Positions 1-7,638 of a stretch of 20,274 nucleotides of DNA are shown piece by piece (position 1 is the first letter of the stretch; every line of letters starts with the position of its first letter). The stretch comes from a virus. Taxonomy: Duplodnaviria > Heunggongvirae > Uroviricota > Caudoviricetes. A program made the translations under genes and the position numbers. The stretch lies in the IMG/VR virus record IMGVR_UViG_2548877009_000004, one strand, 5' to 3'. The notes beneath the pieces are model-generated. The model was not told where the DNA came from. It did no database searches and saw only the letters and a list, made by a program, of their open reading frames with translations.

Positions 1-210
1 GTTGCCGCTGGTCGTCGTCGGTTGCACCTCCAAGCAGTCTGTCAGTCAGTGCGTGAAGCCACCACCGCCTCCGGCGTGGATAATGCAGCCTCCCCCCGAC
101 TGGCAGACACCGCTGAACGGGATTATTTCACCCTCCGGGAACGACTGGTAATGATGCAGGCCCAACTTGAAGGTGCTCAGCAATACATAACCGAGCAGTG
201 TTTAAAGTAA
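1..210 (+). CDS. Rz: i-spanin Rz, C-terminal part (5' end lies outside the window)
   Basis: Frame 1 is open from base 1 and translates to VAAGRRRLHLQAVCQSVREATTASGVDNAASPRLADTAERDYFTLRERL..., which closely matches the C-terminus of lambda Rz as I recall it. Stop codon at 208-210. Confidence 0.88.
   Translation, partial: VAAGRRRLHLQAVCQSVREATTASGVDNAASPRLADTAERDYFTLRERLVMMQAQLEGAQQYITEQCLK
2..151 (+). CDS. Rz1: o-spanin Rz1, embedded in the +1 frame of Rz (5' end outside the window)
   Basis: Frame 2 from base 2 translates to LPLVVVGCTSKQSVSQCVKPPPPPAWIMQPPPDWQTPLNGIISPSGNDW, ending at TAA 149-151. The proline-rich sequence matches lambda Rz1. It is missing from the ORF track because its start lies upstream of the window. 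Confidence 0.85.
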   Translation: MPLVVVGCTSKQSVSQCVKPPPPPAWIMQPPPDWQTPLNGIISPSGNDW

Positions 211-265
211 AATCTTAACTACAATATGATTCATTTTGATGATTGTTTCATAAGGAACAGTGAAG

Positions 266-310
266 TAAGATCTAAGAGGAGTTAAATTTTATACAGTATA
301 ATCATAATAT
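266..310 (+). promoter_or_regulatory. Possible sigma70 promoter for the trkG moron
   Basis: AT-rich intergenic region after Rz with TATAAT at 297-302 and CATAAT at 303-308, about 40-50 nt upstream of the trkG start. The -35 element is weak (ttaaat at 282-287). Hexamer match only. Confidence 0.3.
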
Positions 311-347
311 TGCAGCAAGGTGGTTATAATTGAAAGAATATTTAGAT

Positions 348-1805
348 ATGAATACATCTCATGTAAGAGTTGTTACTCATATGTGTGGGTTCCTGGTTTG
401 GCTCTATAGTCTTTCAATGTTGCCACCAATGGTTGTAGCATTGTTTTATAAAGAAAAAAGCCTGTTCGTTTTCTTTATAACTTTCGTTATATTTTTTTGC
501 ATTGGTGGCGGAGCGTGGTATACAACTAAGAAATCTGGCATTCAATTACGTACCCGTGATGGGTTTATTATAATTGTAATGTTTTGGATTTTGTTTTCTG
601 TTATTAGTGCATTCCCTTTATGGATTGACTCAGAACTTAATTTAACGTTCATTGATGCTCTGTTTGAAGGGGTTTCTGGAATAACAACAACAGGAGCAAC
701 TGTAATTGATGATGTTAGTTCATTACCTCGGGCATATTTGTACTATCGGTCACAGTTAAATTTTATAGGTGGTTTAGGAGTTATTGTTCTGGCGGTTGCT
801 GTATTGCCATTATTGGGTATTGGTGGTGCAAAGCTTTATCAGTCAGAAATGCCGGGGCCATTTAAGGATGACAAACTCACTCCCCGCCTGGCCGATACGT
901 CACGGACACTGTGGATAACTTATTCTTTATTAGGTATTGCTTGTATTGTCTGTTATAGACTTGCAGGAATGCCTTTGTTTGATGCTATTTGTCACGGGAT
1001 TTCCACAGTTTCGCTTGGTGGTTTCTCAACTCATAGCGAGAGTATCGGATATTTTAATAACTATTTGGTTGAGCTGGTGGCTGGTTCTTTTTCCCTGCTA
1101 TCGGCTTTCAACTTCACTCTTTGGTATATTGTTATTAGCAGGAAAACGATAAAACCTTTAATCAGAGATATTGAACTTCGTTTCTTTCTGTTAATAGCCT
1201 TAGGGGTGATCATTGTTACCTCTTTCCAGGTCTGGCATATAGGTATGTATGACTTGCATGGAAGTTTTATTCATTCGTTTTTTCTTGCCAGCTCCATGCT
1301 CACTGATAATGGTTTAGCTACGCAGGATTATGCAAGTTGGCCCACGCACACGATAGTGTTTTTGCTGTTGTCAAGTTTCTTTGGGGGATGTATAGGTTCA
1401 ACTTGTGGTGGAATTAAGTCACTTCGATTTCTTATACTTTTAAAACAAAGCAAACACGAGATAAATCAGCTTTCTCATCCCAGAGCGTTGTTGAGTGTAA
1501 ATGTAGGAGGGAAGATAGTTACAGATCGTGTAATGAGGTCTGTATGGAGTTTCTTTTTTCTTTATACTCTCTTCACGGTGTTTTTTATACTGGTGTTAAA
1601 TGGTATGGGATATGATTTTCTTACATCATTTGCAACAGTGGCTGCATGTATTAATAATATGGGATTAGGTTTTGGGGCTACTGCATCGTCATTCGGAGTG
1701 CTTAATGACATTGCAAAATGTTTAATGTGCATAGCTATGATTCTTGGTCGCCTTGAAATTTATCCTGTTATTATATTGTTTTCAGGTTTTTTTTGGCGCT
1801 CCTAA
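348..1805 (+). CDS. trkG: TrkG/TrkH-family Trk-system potassium uptake protein (prophage moron)
   Basis: The 485-aa product begins MNTSHVRVVTHMCGFLVWLYSL... and is a polytopic membrane protein. Family motifs are present (GITTTGAT, LYQSEMPGPFKDDK, GGCIGSTCGGIK, C-terminal GRLEIYPVIILF). N-terminus matches my recall of E. coli TrkG. The gene is conspicuously AT-rich compared with flanking phage genes. An in-frame TTG at 330 with AGGTGG 5 nt upstream is an alternative start. Confidence 0.9.
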   Translation: MNTSHVRVVTHMCGFLVWLYSLSMLPPMVVALFYKEKSLFVFFITFVIFFCIGGGAWYTTKKSGIQLRTRDGFIIIVMFWILFSVISAFPLWIDSELNLTFIDALFEGVSGITTTGATVIDDVSSLPRAYLYYRSQLNFIGGLGVIVLAVAVLPLLGIGGAKLYQSEMPGPFKDDKLTPRLADTSRTLWITYSLLGIACIVCYRLAGMPLFDAICHGISTVSLGGFSTHSESIGYFNNYLVELVAGSFSLLSAFNFTLWYIVISRKTIKPLIRDIELRFFLLIALGVIIVTSFQVWHIGMYDLHGSFIHSFFLASSMLTDNGLATQDYASWPTHTIVFLLLSSFFGGCIGSTCGGIKSLRFLILLKQSKHEINQLSHPRALLSVNVGGKIVTDRVMRSVWSFFFLYTLFTVFFILVLNGMGYDFLTSFATVAACINNMGLGFGATASSFGVLNDIAKCLMCIAMILGRLEIYPVIILFSGFFWRS

Positions 1806-1891
1806 TATATGGCTGATTTATAATTGTGAGTTTAATATTATGTTGACTCACTCATTGATCCAATACCTAACTTTACCAGCAACCCCTCCGT

Positions 1892-1925
1892 CCCCAGTAG
1901 CACTGGCTGCTGGGGTGCGTTTTAT
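1892..1925 (+). terminator. Possible intrinsic terminator downstream of trkG
   Basis: Inverted repeat ccccag(1892-1897)/ctgggg(1910-1915) with inner ccagt/actgg pairing, followed by tgcgttttatt. Stem/loop geometry is imperfect. Confidence 0.35.
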
Positions 1926-1942
1926 TCATAAAGCAAGGCTGT

Positions 1943-2737
1943 ATGAGCGAGAAATTAAAGATAGTCTATCGCCCATTACAAGAATTGTCACCGTATGCGC
2001 ACAACGCCAGGACGCACAGCCCTGAGCAGGTGGCACAACTGGTAGAAAGTATTAAGCAATTCGGCTGGACTAATCCGGTGCTGATTGACGAAAAGGGCGA
2101 AATTATTGCGGGTCACGGTCGTGTTATGGCGGCTGAAATGCTCAAAATGGATTCTGTTCCGGTCATTGTTCTGTCTGGCCTGACGGATGAGCAGAAAAAG
2201 GCGTACCGCCTGGCAGATAATCGCCTGCCGATGAATGCTGGCTGGGATGAAGATCTGTTGCGGATGGAGCTGTCGGACCTAATCAATGCTGATTTTGATG
2301 TCTCCCTGACAGGCTTCATCCCGACAGAAATTGATGAACTGTTGACGGATGTTTTGCCCGGTACAGGAAATGAGGAGGAGCCGTATACGACGAAAATTGA
2401 TACGCCTGTTTATGAGCCGTCGGGCGGTAAACCGGATATCAGTGAACTGTACGACGATACGAAAACTCAGGAGCTGATCAGCCGGATACGTTCGGCGTCC
2501 CTTGAGCCTGATATTGAGAAATTCCTCCTGTGTGCGGCAGAACGTCACACGGTGTTTAATTTCAGCAGAATTGCGGACTATTACGCTCACGCCCCCTCTG
2601 AAATTCAGTGCCTTTTCGAGGAGTCGGCGCTGGTGATCATTGATTATCAGCAGGCTATTGAAAATGGATTTGTCCGAATGACGCAGCGCATGGTGGAGAT
2701 CATGCATGGCGGGGAGGAGGAGGAGGAATATGCGTGA
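1943..2737 (+). CDS. ParB/Srx-like nuclease-domain protein (phage accessory protein)
   Basis: The N-terminal ~90 aa show the ParB N-domain pattern (IVYRPLQELSPYAHNARTHSPEQVAQLVESIKQFGWTNPVLIDEKGEIIAGHGRVMAAEMLKMDSVPVIVL). The C-terminus is an acidic tail (GGEEEEEYA). AAGG lies upstream of ATG 1943. Confidence 0.75.
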   Translation: MSEKLKIVYRPLQELSPYAHNARTHSPEQVAQLVESIKQFGWTNPVLIDEKGEIIAGHGRVMAAEMLKMDSVPVIVLSGLTDEQKKAYRLADNRLPMNAGWDEDLLRMELSDLINADFDVSLTGFIPTEIDELLTDVLPGTGNEEEPYTTKIDTPVYEPSGGKPDISELYDDTKTQELISRIRSASLEPDIEKFLLCAAERHTVFNFSRIADYYAHAPSEIQCLFEESALVIIDYQQAIENGFVRMTQRMVEIMHGGEEEEEYA

Positions 2738-3662
2738 TGATTTTTGCGCCTTTATTCTGACTCACGGGCGACCGGACAAAGTTCTGACTTACCGGACGTT
2801 GCGTCGTGCTGGCTATACCGGGAAAATTTTTATCGTTGTTGATGATGAAGATAAGACACGGCATCAGTACATGGCTGAATTTGGTGAACAGGTGCTGGTA
2901 TTTTCCAAAGCCGATATTGCCAGTCGTTTTGACGAAGCCGATAATTTTGGTGATCGCCGCTCAATTTTTTACGCCCGTAATGCCTGTTTCGACCTGGCAA
3001 AACTGGTCGGGTGTAAATACTTCATTCAGCTCGATGATGATTATCACGAGTTCCAGTTTCGGGTGGATCGCAACTATGACCAGGCCTATTTCCCGATAAG
3101 GAAACTGGATGCGATCCTTTCTGAAATGCTGGCGTATTACGAATCAATACCCGCGCTTTCCATCGCTATGTCGCAGGGCGGGGATTTTCTTGGTGACAAT
3201 GGCGGCCATGCTTCGTGGGTGAAACGCAAGGCAATGAACAGCTTTATCTGTTCGGTTGATCGACCGTTCTCATTCATGGGGCGCATTAACGAGGATGTGA
3301 ATACGTACACGAATCTCGGTCGCTGTGGTGAATTGTTTATGACGATCGGTGCTGTCCAGTTAGGGCAGAAACAGACGCAGAAAAACAGCGGCGGAATGAC
3401 CGAGCTGTATCTGGATTCCGGAACCTACGTTAAAAGTTTTTACTCCGTCATGTATTCGCCGTCGTGCGTAAAAATCTCACTGATGGGTGCCAGCCATAAA
3501 CGCATTCACCATCAGGTCACCTGGAACAACGCTGCAGTAAAAATCCTTCACGAAAAATACAGGAAGAAGACACCCTGCATATCAATGGGGGTGACAAATG
3601 ATTCCGTATTCGAAAGTCGAGTCTCTGGCAGCGTGCCGGATGACTGCACAACAAATCGCTGA
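2730..3662 (+). CDS. Soluble GT-A-fold (GT2-like) glycosyltransferase-like protein, function unknown
   Basis: Motif layout matches GT-A enzymes: FILTHGRPDK (cf. IIPTYNR), IFIVVDDEDK (cf. IVVDDGS), ARNACFDLAKLVGCKYFIQLDDDY (ARN...A + DxD). No hydrophobic transmembrane stretch is evident. The ORF track starts it at 2706; I prefer ATG 2730 because a perfect GGAGGAGGAGGA Shine-Dalgarno precedes it. Confidence 0.6.
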   Translation: MRDDFCAFILTHGRPDKVLTYRTLRRAGYTGKIFIVVDDEDKTRHQYMAEFGEQVLVFSKADIASRFDEADNFGDRRSIFYARNACFDLAKLVGCKYFIQLDDDYHEFQFRVDRNYDQAYFPIRKLDAILSEMLAYYESIPALSIAMSQGGDFLGDNGGHASWVKRKAMNSFICSVDRPFSFMGRINEDVNTYTNLGRCGELFMTIGAVQLGQKQTQKNSGGMTELYLDSGTYVKSFYSVMYSPSCVKISLMGASHKRIHHQVTWNNAAVKILHEKYRKKTPCISMGVTNDSVFESRVSGSVPDDCTTNR

Positions 3663-3849
3663 CGTTCTGGATGTTGATCTGAACCGACTGAAAGAAAATC
3701 GGGAAGCAATGACAGATTTTTATGCGGCCATCCGTAAGGGCAGAGCGAAAGGTGAAGCCGAGTTACGAGCGGCATTGTTTAAGCTTGCCAGAAAAGGGGA
3801 TGCCTTTGCTCTGCGCGAACTACTCAGGGTGGATAAAAATCAGGACTAA
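3598..3849 (+). CDS. Small putative DNA-binding protein (helix-turn-helix-like), possible packaging accessory
   Basis: 83-aa ORF with a GGGGGTGA Shine-Dalgarno 3-6 nt before ATG 3598. An HTH-like segment (TAQQIADVLDVDLNRLKEN) is present. It lies immediately upstream of terS and overlaps the 3' end of the preceding gene by 65 nt. Confidence 0.5.
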   Translation: MIPYSKVESLAACRMTAQQIADVLDVDLNRLKENREAMTDFYAAIRKGRAKGEAELRAALFKLARKGDAFALRELLRVDKNQD

Positions 3850-3852
3850 CTG

Positions 3853-4947
3853 ATGAGCAGACCGGACTGGGGGGCGTTGCAGCAGGAGTATATTGCTGAA
3901 TACACCCGCTCCGGTATATCTCCGGTGGCATGGTGTGAAGCAAGGGGACTGAACTACGCAACAGCCCGTCGTTACATCAAAAAAACTCCGAAAAATGCGC
4001 AGAAAGAAATGCGCAAAACTGCGCAAAAAAGTGCGCGAAAAAAAACTGCGCAGACTGCGCAAAGGCAGAACGGAAAATCTCAGAAAAAAAAGGCTGTATC
4101 CGATGCACTCCTGATTGAGGGGGACACGGAAGAAATTTCGTTCTGCCCCGATGAATTCGGTATTTCTGACCAGCAGGCAAAATTCGCCATGTTGGTTGCT
4201 CAGGGGAAAAAGCCGACAGAGGCATACCGACTGGCTGGTTATGAGGGGCAAGGTGCGACAGCTAACAGCAACGCCAGCCGTATGCTTAGAAATGCCAGGG
4301 TTTATCGTGCTATCAGCTACTTCCGCAATCAGTACCAGAAACGCTATACCGCAGACCTGGATTTACTGGTGAGCCAGTTGATGGCCATTGTCCAGGCCGA
4401 CCCCAATCAGTTGGCACAATTTCGCCGTGTTAACTGCCGTTATTGCTGGGGCGAGAATCATCTCTACCAGTGGCGTGATATTGCAGAATTCGATAAGGCT
4501 GCGGCACAGGCCTCCAGAGATGGTAAACCCGAGCCGGAATATGGAGGCCTCGGCTTTGTTGATAACGCCATACCCAATCCTGATTGCCCGAAGTGCTGCG
4601 GTGAGGGAACAGGACAGCTTTATATGGCTGATACCACACTGCTTGATGGGGATGCGCGGCAATTATATGCAGGGTCAAAGCTCGGAAAATACGGTGTTGA
4701 GATCCTGCTGGAGGATAAGGCTGCCGCCCGGCGTGAATTGTTGCGTTTGCTTTCTGCTGGCGGGGCATTATGTGCAGATAAGCGGCTACAGGAACTGGAA
4801 ATTGAACGGCGCAGAATAGAGAACCAGAAGCTGCGCAAAGAGATCGAAACGGTGGAGGATAATGAACATCCCCAGCCTGTGGCGATCAATATTAATGTGG
4901 TTGATGCCAGATTAAGGAGTGATGAAGATGATCTCTCCGACGCTTAA
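3853..4947 (+). CDS. Terminase small subunit (extended form with basic linker and Cys-rich zinc-ribbon-like region)
   Basis: N-terminal HTH (ISPVAWCEARGLNYATARRYIKK) and a small-terminase-like core (QQAKFAMLVAQGKKPTEAYRLAGYEGQGATANSNASRMLRNARVYRAISYF). CxxC ... CxxCC cluster (CRYCWGENH ... CPKCCGEG). Sits directly upstream of the large terminase. Confidence 0.78.
   Translation: MSRPDWGALQQEYIAEYTRSGISPVAWCEARGLNYATARRYIKKTPKNAQKEMRKTAQKSARKKTAQTAQRQNGKSQKKKAVSDALLIEGDTEEISFCPDEFGISDQQAKFAMLVAQGKKPTEAYRLAGYEGQGATANSNASRMLRNARVYRAISYFRNQYQKRYTADLDLLVSQLMAIVQADPNQLAQFRRVNCRYCWGENHLYQWRDIAEFDKAAAQASRDGKPEPEYGGLGFVDNAIPNPDCPKCCGEGTGQLYMADTTLLDGDARQLYAGSKLGKYGVEILLEDKAAARRELLRLLSAGGALCADKRLQELEIERRRIENQKLRKEIETVEDNEHPQPVAININVVDARLRSDEDDLSDA
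3996..4061 (+). repeat. Six direct TGCGCR repeats phased by A-tracts inside terS
   Basis: TGCGCA/TGCGCG at 3996, 4010, 4020, 4032, 4047 and 4056, spaced 9-15 nt, each followed by an A-run. This stretch encodes the basic low-complexity linker AQKEMRKTAQKSARKKTAQTAQRQ. Confidence 0.7.
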
Positions 4948-6229
4948 TGTGCCTCAGGCGCGATTTCTTTCAATGCCCCATAAATTTAAAGCCTATATTG
5001 CTGGTTTTGGCTCGGGCAAAACATGGGTTGGGTGTGGCGGCATATGCAAGGGGATTTGGGAGCATCCAGGTATAAATCAGGGATATTTTGCGCCAACGTA
5101 TCCCCAAATTCGCGATATTTTTTACCCTACAGTGGAAGAAGTTGCTGCTGACTGGGGATTGAACGTAAAAATTAATGAGGGAAATAAAGAGGTTCACTTT
5201 TATTACGGACGCCAGTATCGGGGAACCACTATCTGCAGATCGATGGAGAAGCCACAAACGATCGTCGGTTTCAAAATTGGTAATGCGCTGGTGGATGAAC
5301 TGGACATTTTGCCGAAGGAAAAAGCCAGAACGGCGTGGCGCAAGATAATTGCGCGTATGCGTTATAAGATTGATGGACTTCGCAACGGTATTGACGTTAC
5401 AACCACGCCGGAAGGATTCAAATTTGTCTACGAGCAGTTTGTTAAAGCCGTGCGTGAAAAAACAGAGCTGGCCTCACTGTATGGTCTGGTGCAGGCATCT
5501 ACTTTCGATAATGAAAAGAACCTGCCAGCAGATTACATTCCTTCACTTCTTGAATCATACCCTCCAGAGCTGATTAAAGCCTATCTTCTAGGACGGTTTA
5601 CTAACCTGACAAGTGGTACTGTTTACCATCAGTTTGACCGGAAACTGAATAATTGCGAAGAAGTGGAGCAGCCAGGGGAGCCGATTTATATTGGGATGGA
5701 TTTTAACGTTGGAAAGATGGCGGGAATCGTCCATGTGCTGCGTTTGGGGCTTCCATGTGCGGTAACTGAAATCATCAATGCCTACGATACGCCGGATATG
5801 ATCCGCATCATTAAAGAACGCTTCTGGCTGTATGATGGGAATGATTACCGGAAAGTGAGGGAAATTTATATTTATCCAGATGCTTCCGGGGATTCCAGAA
5901 AATCAAGTAACGCAAGTACGACGGATATAGCCCAGCTTAAGCAGGCTGGATTTAACGTTGTGGTGAACAGCTCGAACCCGCCAGTAAAAGATCGCGTTAA
6001 CTCAATGAATGCAATGTTCTGCAATGCCAATGGTGAGCGTCGCTATAAAGTTAATGTGAAGCGTTGCCCGTTATATGCCGAATCTCTGGAGCAACAGGTC
6101 TGGGATGAGAAGGGGGAGCCTGATAAAAAATCTGGCAATGATCACCCGAATGATGCCGGAGGTTATTTCATCGTTAAGCAATTCCCTATTGTCAAACCGA
6201 CCGGAAGAGTCACATCACTTCGGATTTAA
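4928..6229 (+). CDS. Terminase large subunit (ATPase/nuclease)
   Basis: Walker A-like motif AGFGSGKT near the N-terminus. Size (~433 aa) and position after terS fit. AAGGAG at 4914-4919 lies 8 nt before ATG 4928; the ORF track starts at GTG 4919. Confidence 0.88.
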   Translation: MISPTLNVPQARFLSMPHKFKAYIAGFGSGKTWVGCGGICKGIWEHPGINQGYFAPTYPQIRDIFYPTVEEVAADWGLNVKINEGNKEVHFYYGRQYRGTTICRSMEKPQTIVGFKIGNALVDELDILPKEKARTAWRKIIARMRYKIDGLRNGIDVTTTPEGFKFVYEQFVKAVREKTELASLYGLVQASTFDNEKNLPADYIPSLLESYPPELIKAYLLGRFTNLTSGTVYHQFDRKLNNCEEVEQPGEPIYIGMDFNVGKMAGIVHVLRLGLPCAVTEIINAYDTPDMIRIIKERFWLYDGNDYRKVREIYIYPDASGDSRKSSNASTTDIAQLKQAGFNVVVNSSNPPVKDRVNSMNAMFCNANGERRYKVNVKRCPLYAESLEQQVWDEKGEPDKKSGNDHPNDAGGYFIVKQFPIVKPTGRVTSLRI

Positions 6230-6231
6230 TT

Positions 6232-7638
6232 ATGGCTGATATATCAACACCCAACCTCGACTATAACGATATGCTGGAGGCGTGGGATATTAACGACGCA
6301 CTGATGGGCGGTACGCTTGAAATGCGCAGGCAGGGGGAAAATTATCTCCCAAAATGGCCTAACGAAGATGAAGACGCTTATAAAAAACGCCTGTCTGTGG
6401 CTACGCTACTTCCTGTGTATGAAGAAAGCATCAAGCAAAATATTGGGCGCATATTTGCAGAGCCGACAGTATTGAGTGAGGAAACGCCGGCAAAAATCAG
6501 GGAATATGCAGAAAATATCGACATGGAGGGGAGCCGACTGGATGTGTGGGCGCAGCAATTTTTCAGCCTCGCATTTCAGTATGGTGTGGCACATGCGCTG
6601 GTGGACTATCCACGAACGGATATGAAAGAGATTCGGACAAAAGCCGATGAAAACGCGACCGGTGGTCGTCCGTACGTTACGATGCTGAATCCACGCCAGG
6701 TTATTGGATGGAAATCGAAAGTTGAAAAAGGGAAAGTTGTTCTCACTGATTTGCGTATAAAAGAGGTCATCATTATTGATGGTGATGATTTCGGGCAGAA
6801 GAAGGTGGAGCAGATCCGCCATATTATGCCCCGTCGAGTTGAAATTTATCGACGTAGCGAAGGCACTAATGGCGAATCTGTCTGGACGCTTCATGAGTCA
6901 TGGAATACCAGCCGTGATGATATTCCTCTGGTAACACTGTACACGAAGAAAACAGGATTTATGCGTGGTACACCGCCATTGCTTAATCTTGGCTTGCTGA
7001 ATATCAAGCACTGGCAAAGCCAGAGCGAGCAGGACAATATTCTTCATGTTGCCCGCGTTCCATTGCTGGTGGCCTACGGGCTGGACAGGAATGAAGAACT
7101 GACGGTTGGTGCATCCACCGCTACGATTTTTGAGGACAGAACAAAAAATGGCCTCGAATATGTTGAACATAGTGGCGCAGCGATAGAATCTGGCGAAACA
7201 TCACTTGAGAAGCTGGAAAATCAGATGCGTCATGCCGGCGCTAAACTTCTGCGTGCTGAAAATACATCCACCAAATCTGTTGATCAGACTAATGAAGAGC
7301 GAATGCAGGAAAACTCGCCGCTTTATACAATGGCGAACTCCCTCGAAGATGCCCTCGATAATATTCTCCAGATAATGGCGGAATGGATCGGAGAGAGTTG
7401 CGGTGGCAATGTGGATGTGCGCACTGAACTGGATGTATCTGCCCAGGTGTTTGACTCATCCTCCGCGCTGGCTGTTCAGTCATTGCGTCAGGGCGGTGAT
7501 ATACGTCAGATTGATGCGGTTCGGGTGTTGCAGGCGTTGAAATTTATCGATCAGGATTCCCGTCCAGAGGAAGTGATCGATGAATTAAAAAATCAGAGTG
7601 TAATGCTGATGGAAATCAATGATGCAAACCGTGAATGA
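6232..7638 (+). CDS. Portal protein
   Basis: 468-aa acidic protein immediately after the large terminase and translationally coupled to it (TAA 6227-6229, ATG 6232). Size and position are typical of portal proteins. Confidence 0.78.
   Translation: MADISTPNLDYNDMLEAWDINDALMGGTLEMRRQGENYLPKWPNEDEDAYKKRLSVATLLPVYEESIKQNIGRIFAEPTVLSEETPAKIREYAENIDMEGSRLDVWAQQFFSLAFQYGVAHALVDYPRTDMKEIRTKADENATGGRPYVTMLNPRQVIGWKSKVEKGKVVLTDLRIKEVIIIDGDDFGQKKVEQIRHIMPRRVEIYRRSEGTNGESVWTLHESWNTSRDDIPLVTLYTKKTGFMRGTPPLLNLGLLNIKHWQSQSEQDNILHVARVPLLVAYGLDRNEELTVGASTATIFEDRTKNGLEYVEHSGAAIESGETSLEKLENQMRHAGAKLLRAENTSTKSVDQTNEERMQENSPLYTMANSLEDALDNILQIMAEWIGESCGGNVDVRTELDVSAQVFDSSSALAVQSLRQGGDIRQIDAVRVLQALKFIDQDSRPEEVIDELKNQSVMLMEINDANRE

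Noticed and set aside
937-1152. 71-aa + strand ORF inside trkG in another frame
   Set aside because: Alternative-frame ORF within a well-supported membrane-protein gene; no Shine-Dalgarno; hydrophobic by composition artefact.
1744-2025. 93-aa ORF spanning the trkG 3' end and the ParB-like gene start
   Set aside because: Overlaps two better-supported genes and crosses the putative terminator; no ribosome-binding site.
2279-2707. 142-aa minus-strand ORF antisense to the ParB-like gene
   Set aside because: Antisense to a gene with a clear domain signature; basic, Arg-rich composition typical of a reverse-frame artefact.
3996-4061. Possible CRISPR-like array suggested by the repeated TGCGCA motif
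   Set aside because: Repeats are 6 bp with 3-9 bp spacers, far too short for CRISPR, and lie inside a coding region.
3820-4251. 143-aa minus-strand ORF antisense to terS
   Set aside because: Lies within the repeat and low-complexity part of terS; no independent support.
4388-4819. 143-aa + strand ORF in an alternative frame of terS
   Set aside because: Internal alternative frame with no ribosome-binding site and no recognisable domain.
6406-6894. 162-aa minus-strand ORF inside the portal gene
   Set aside because: Antisense to the portal gene; the whole module is co-directional on the + strand.
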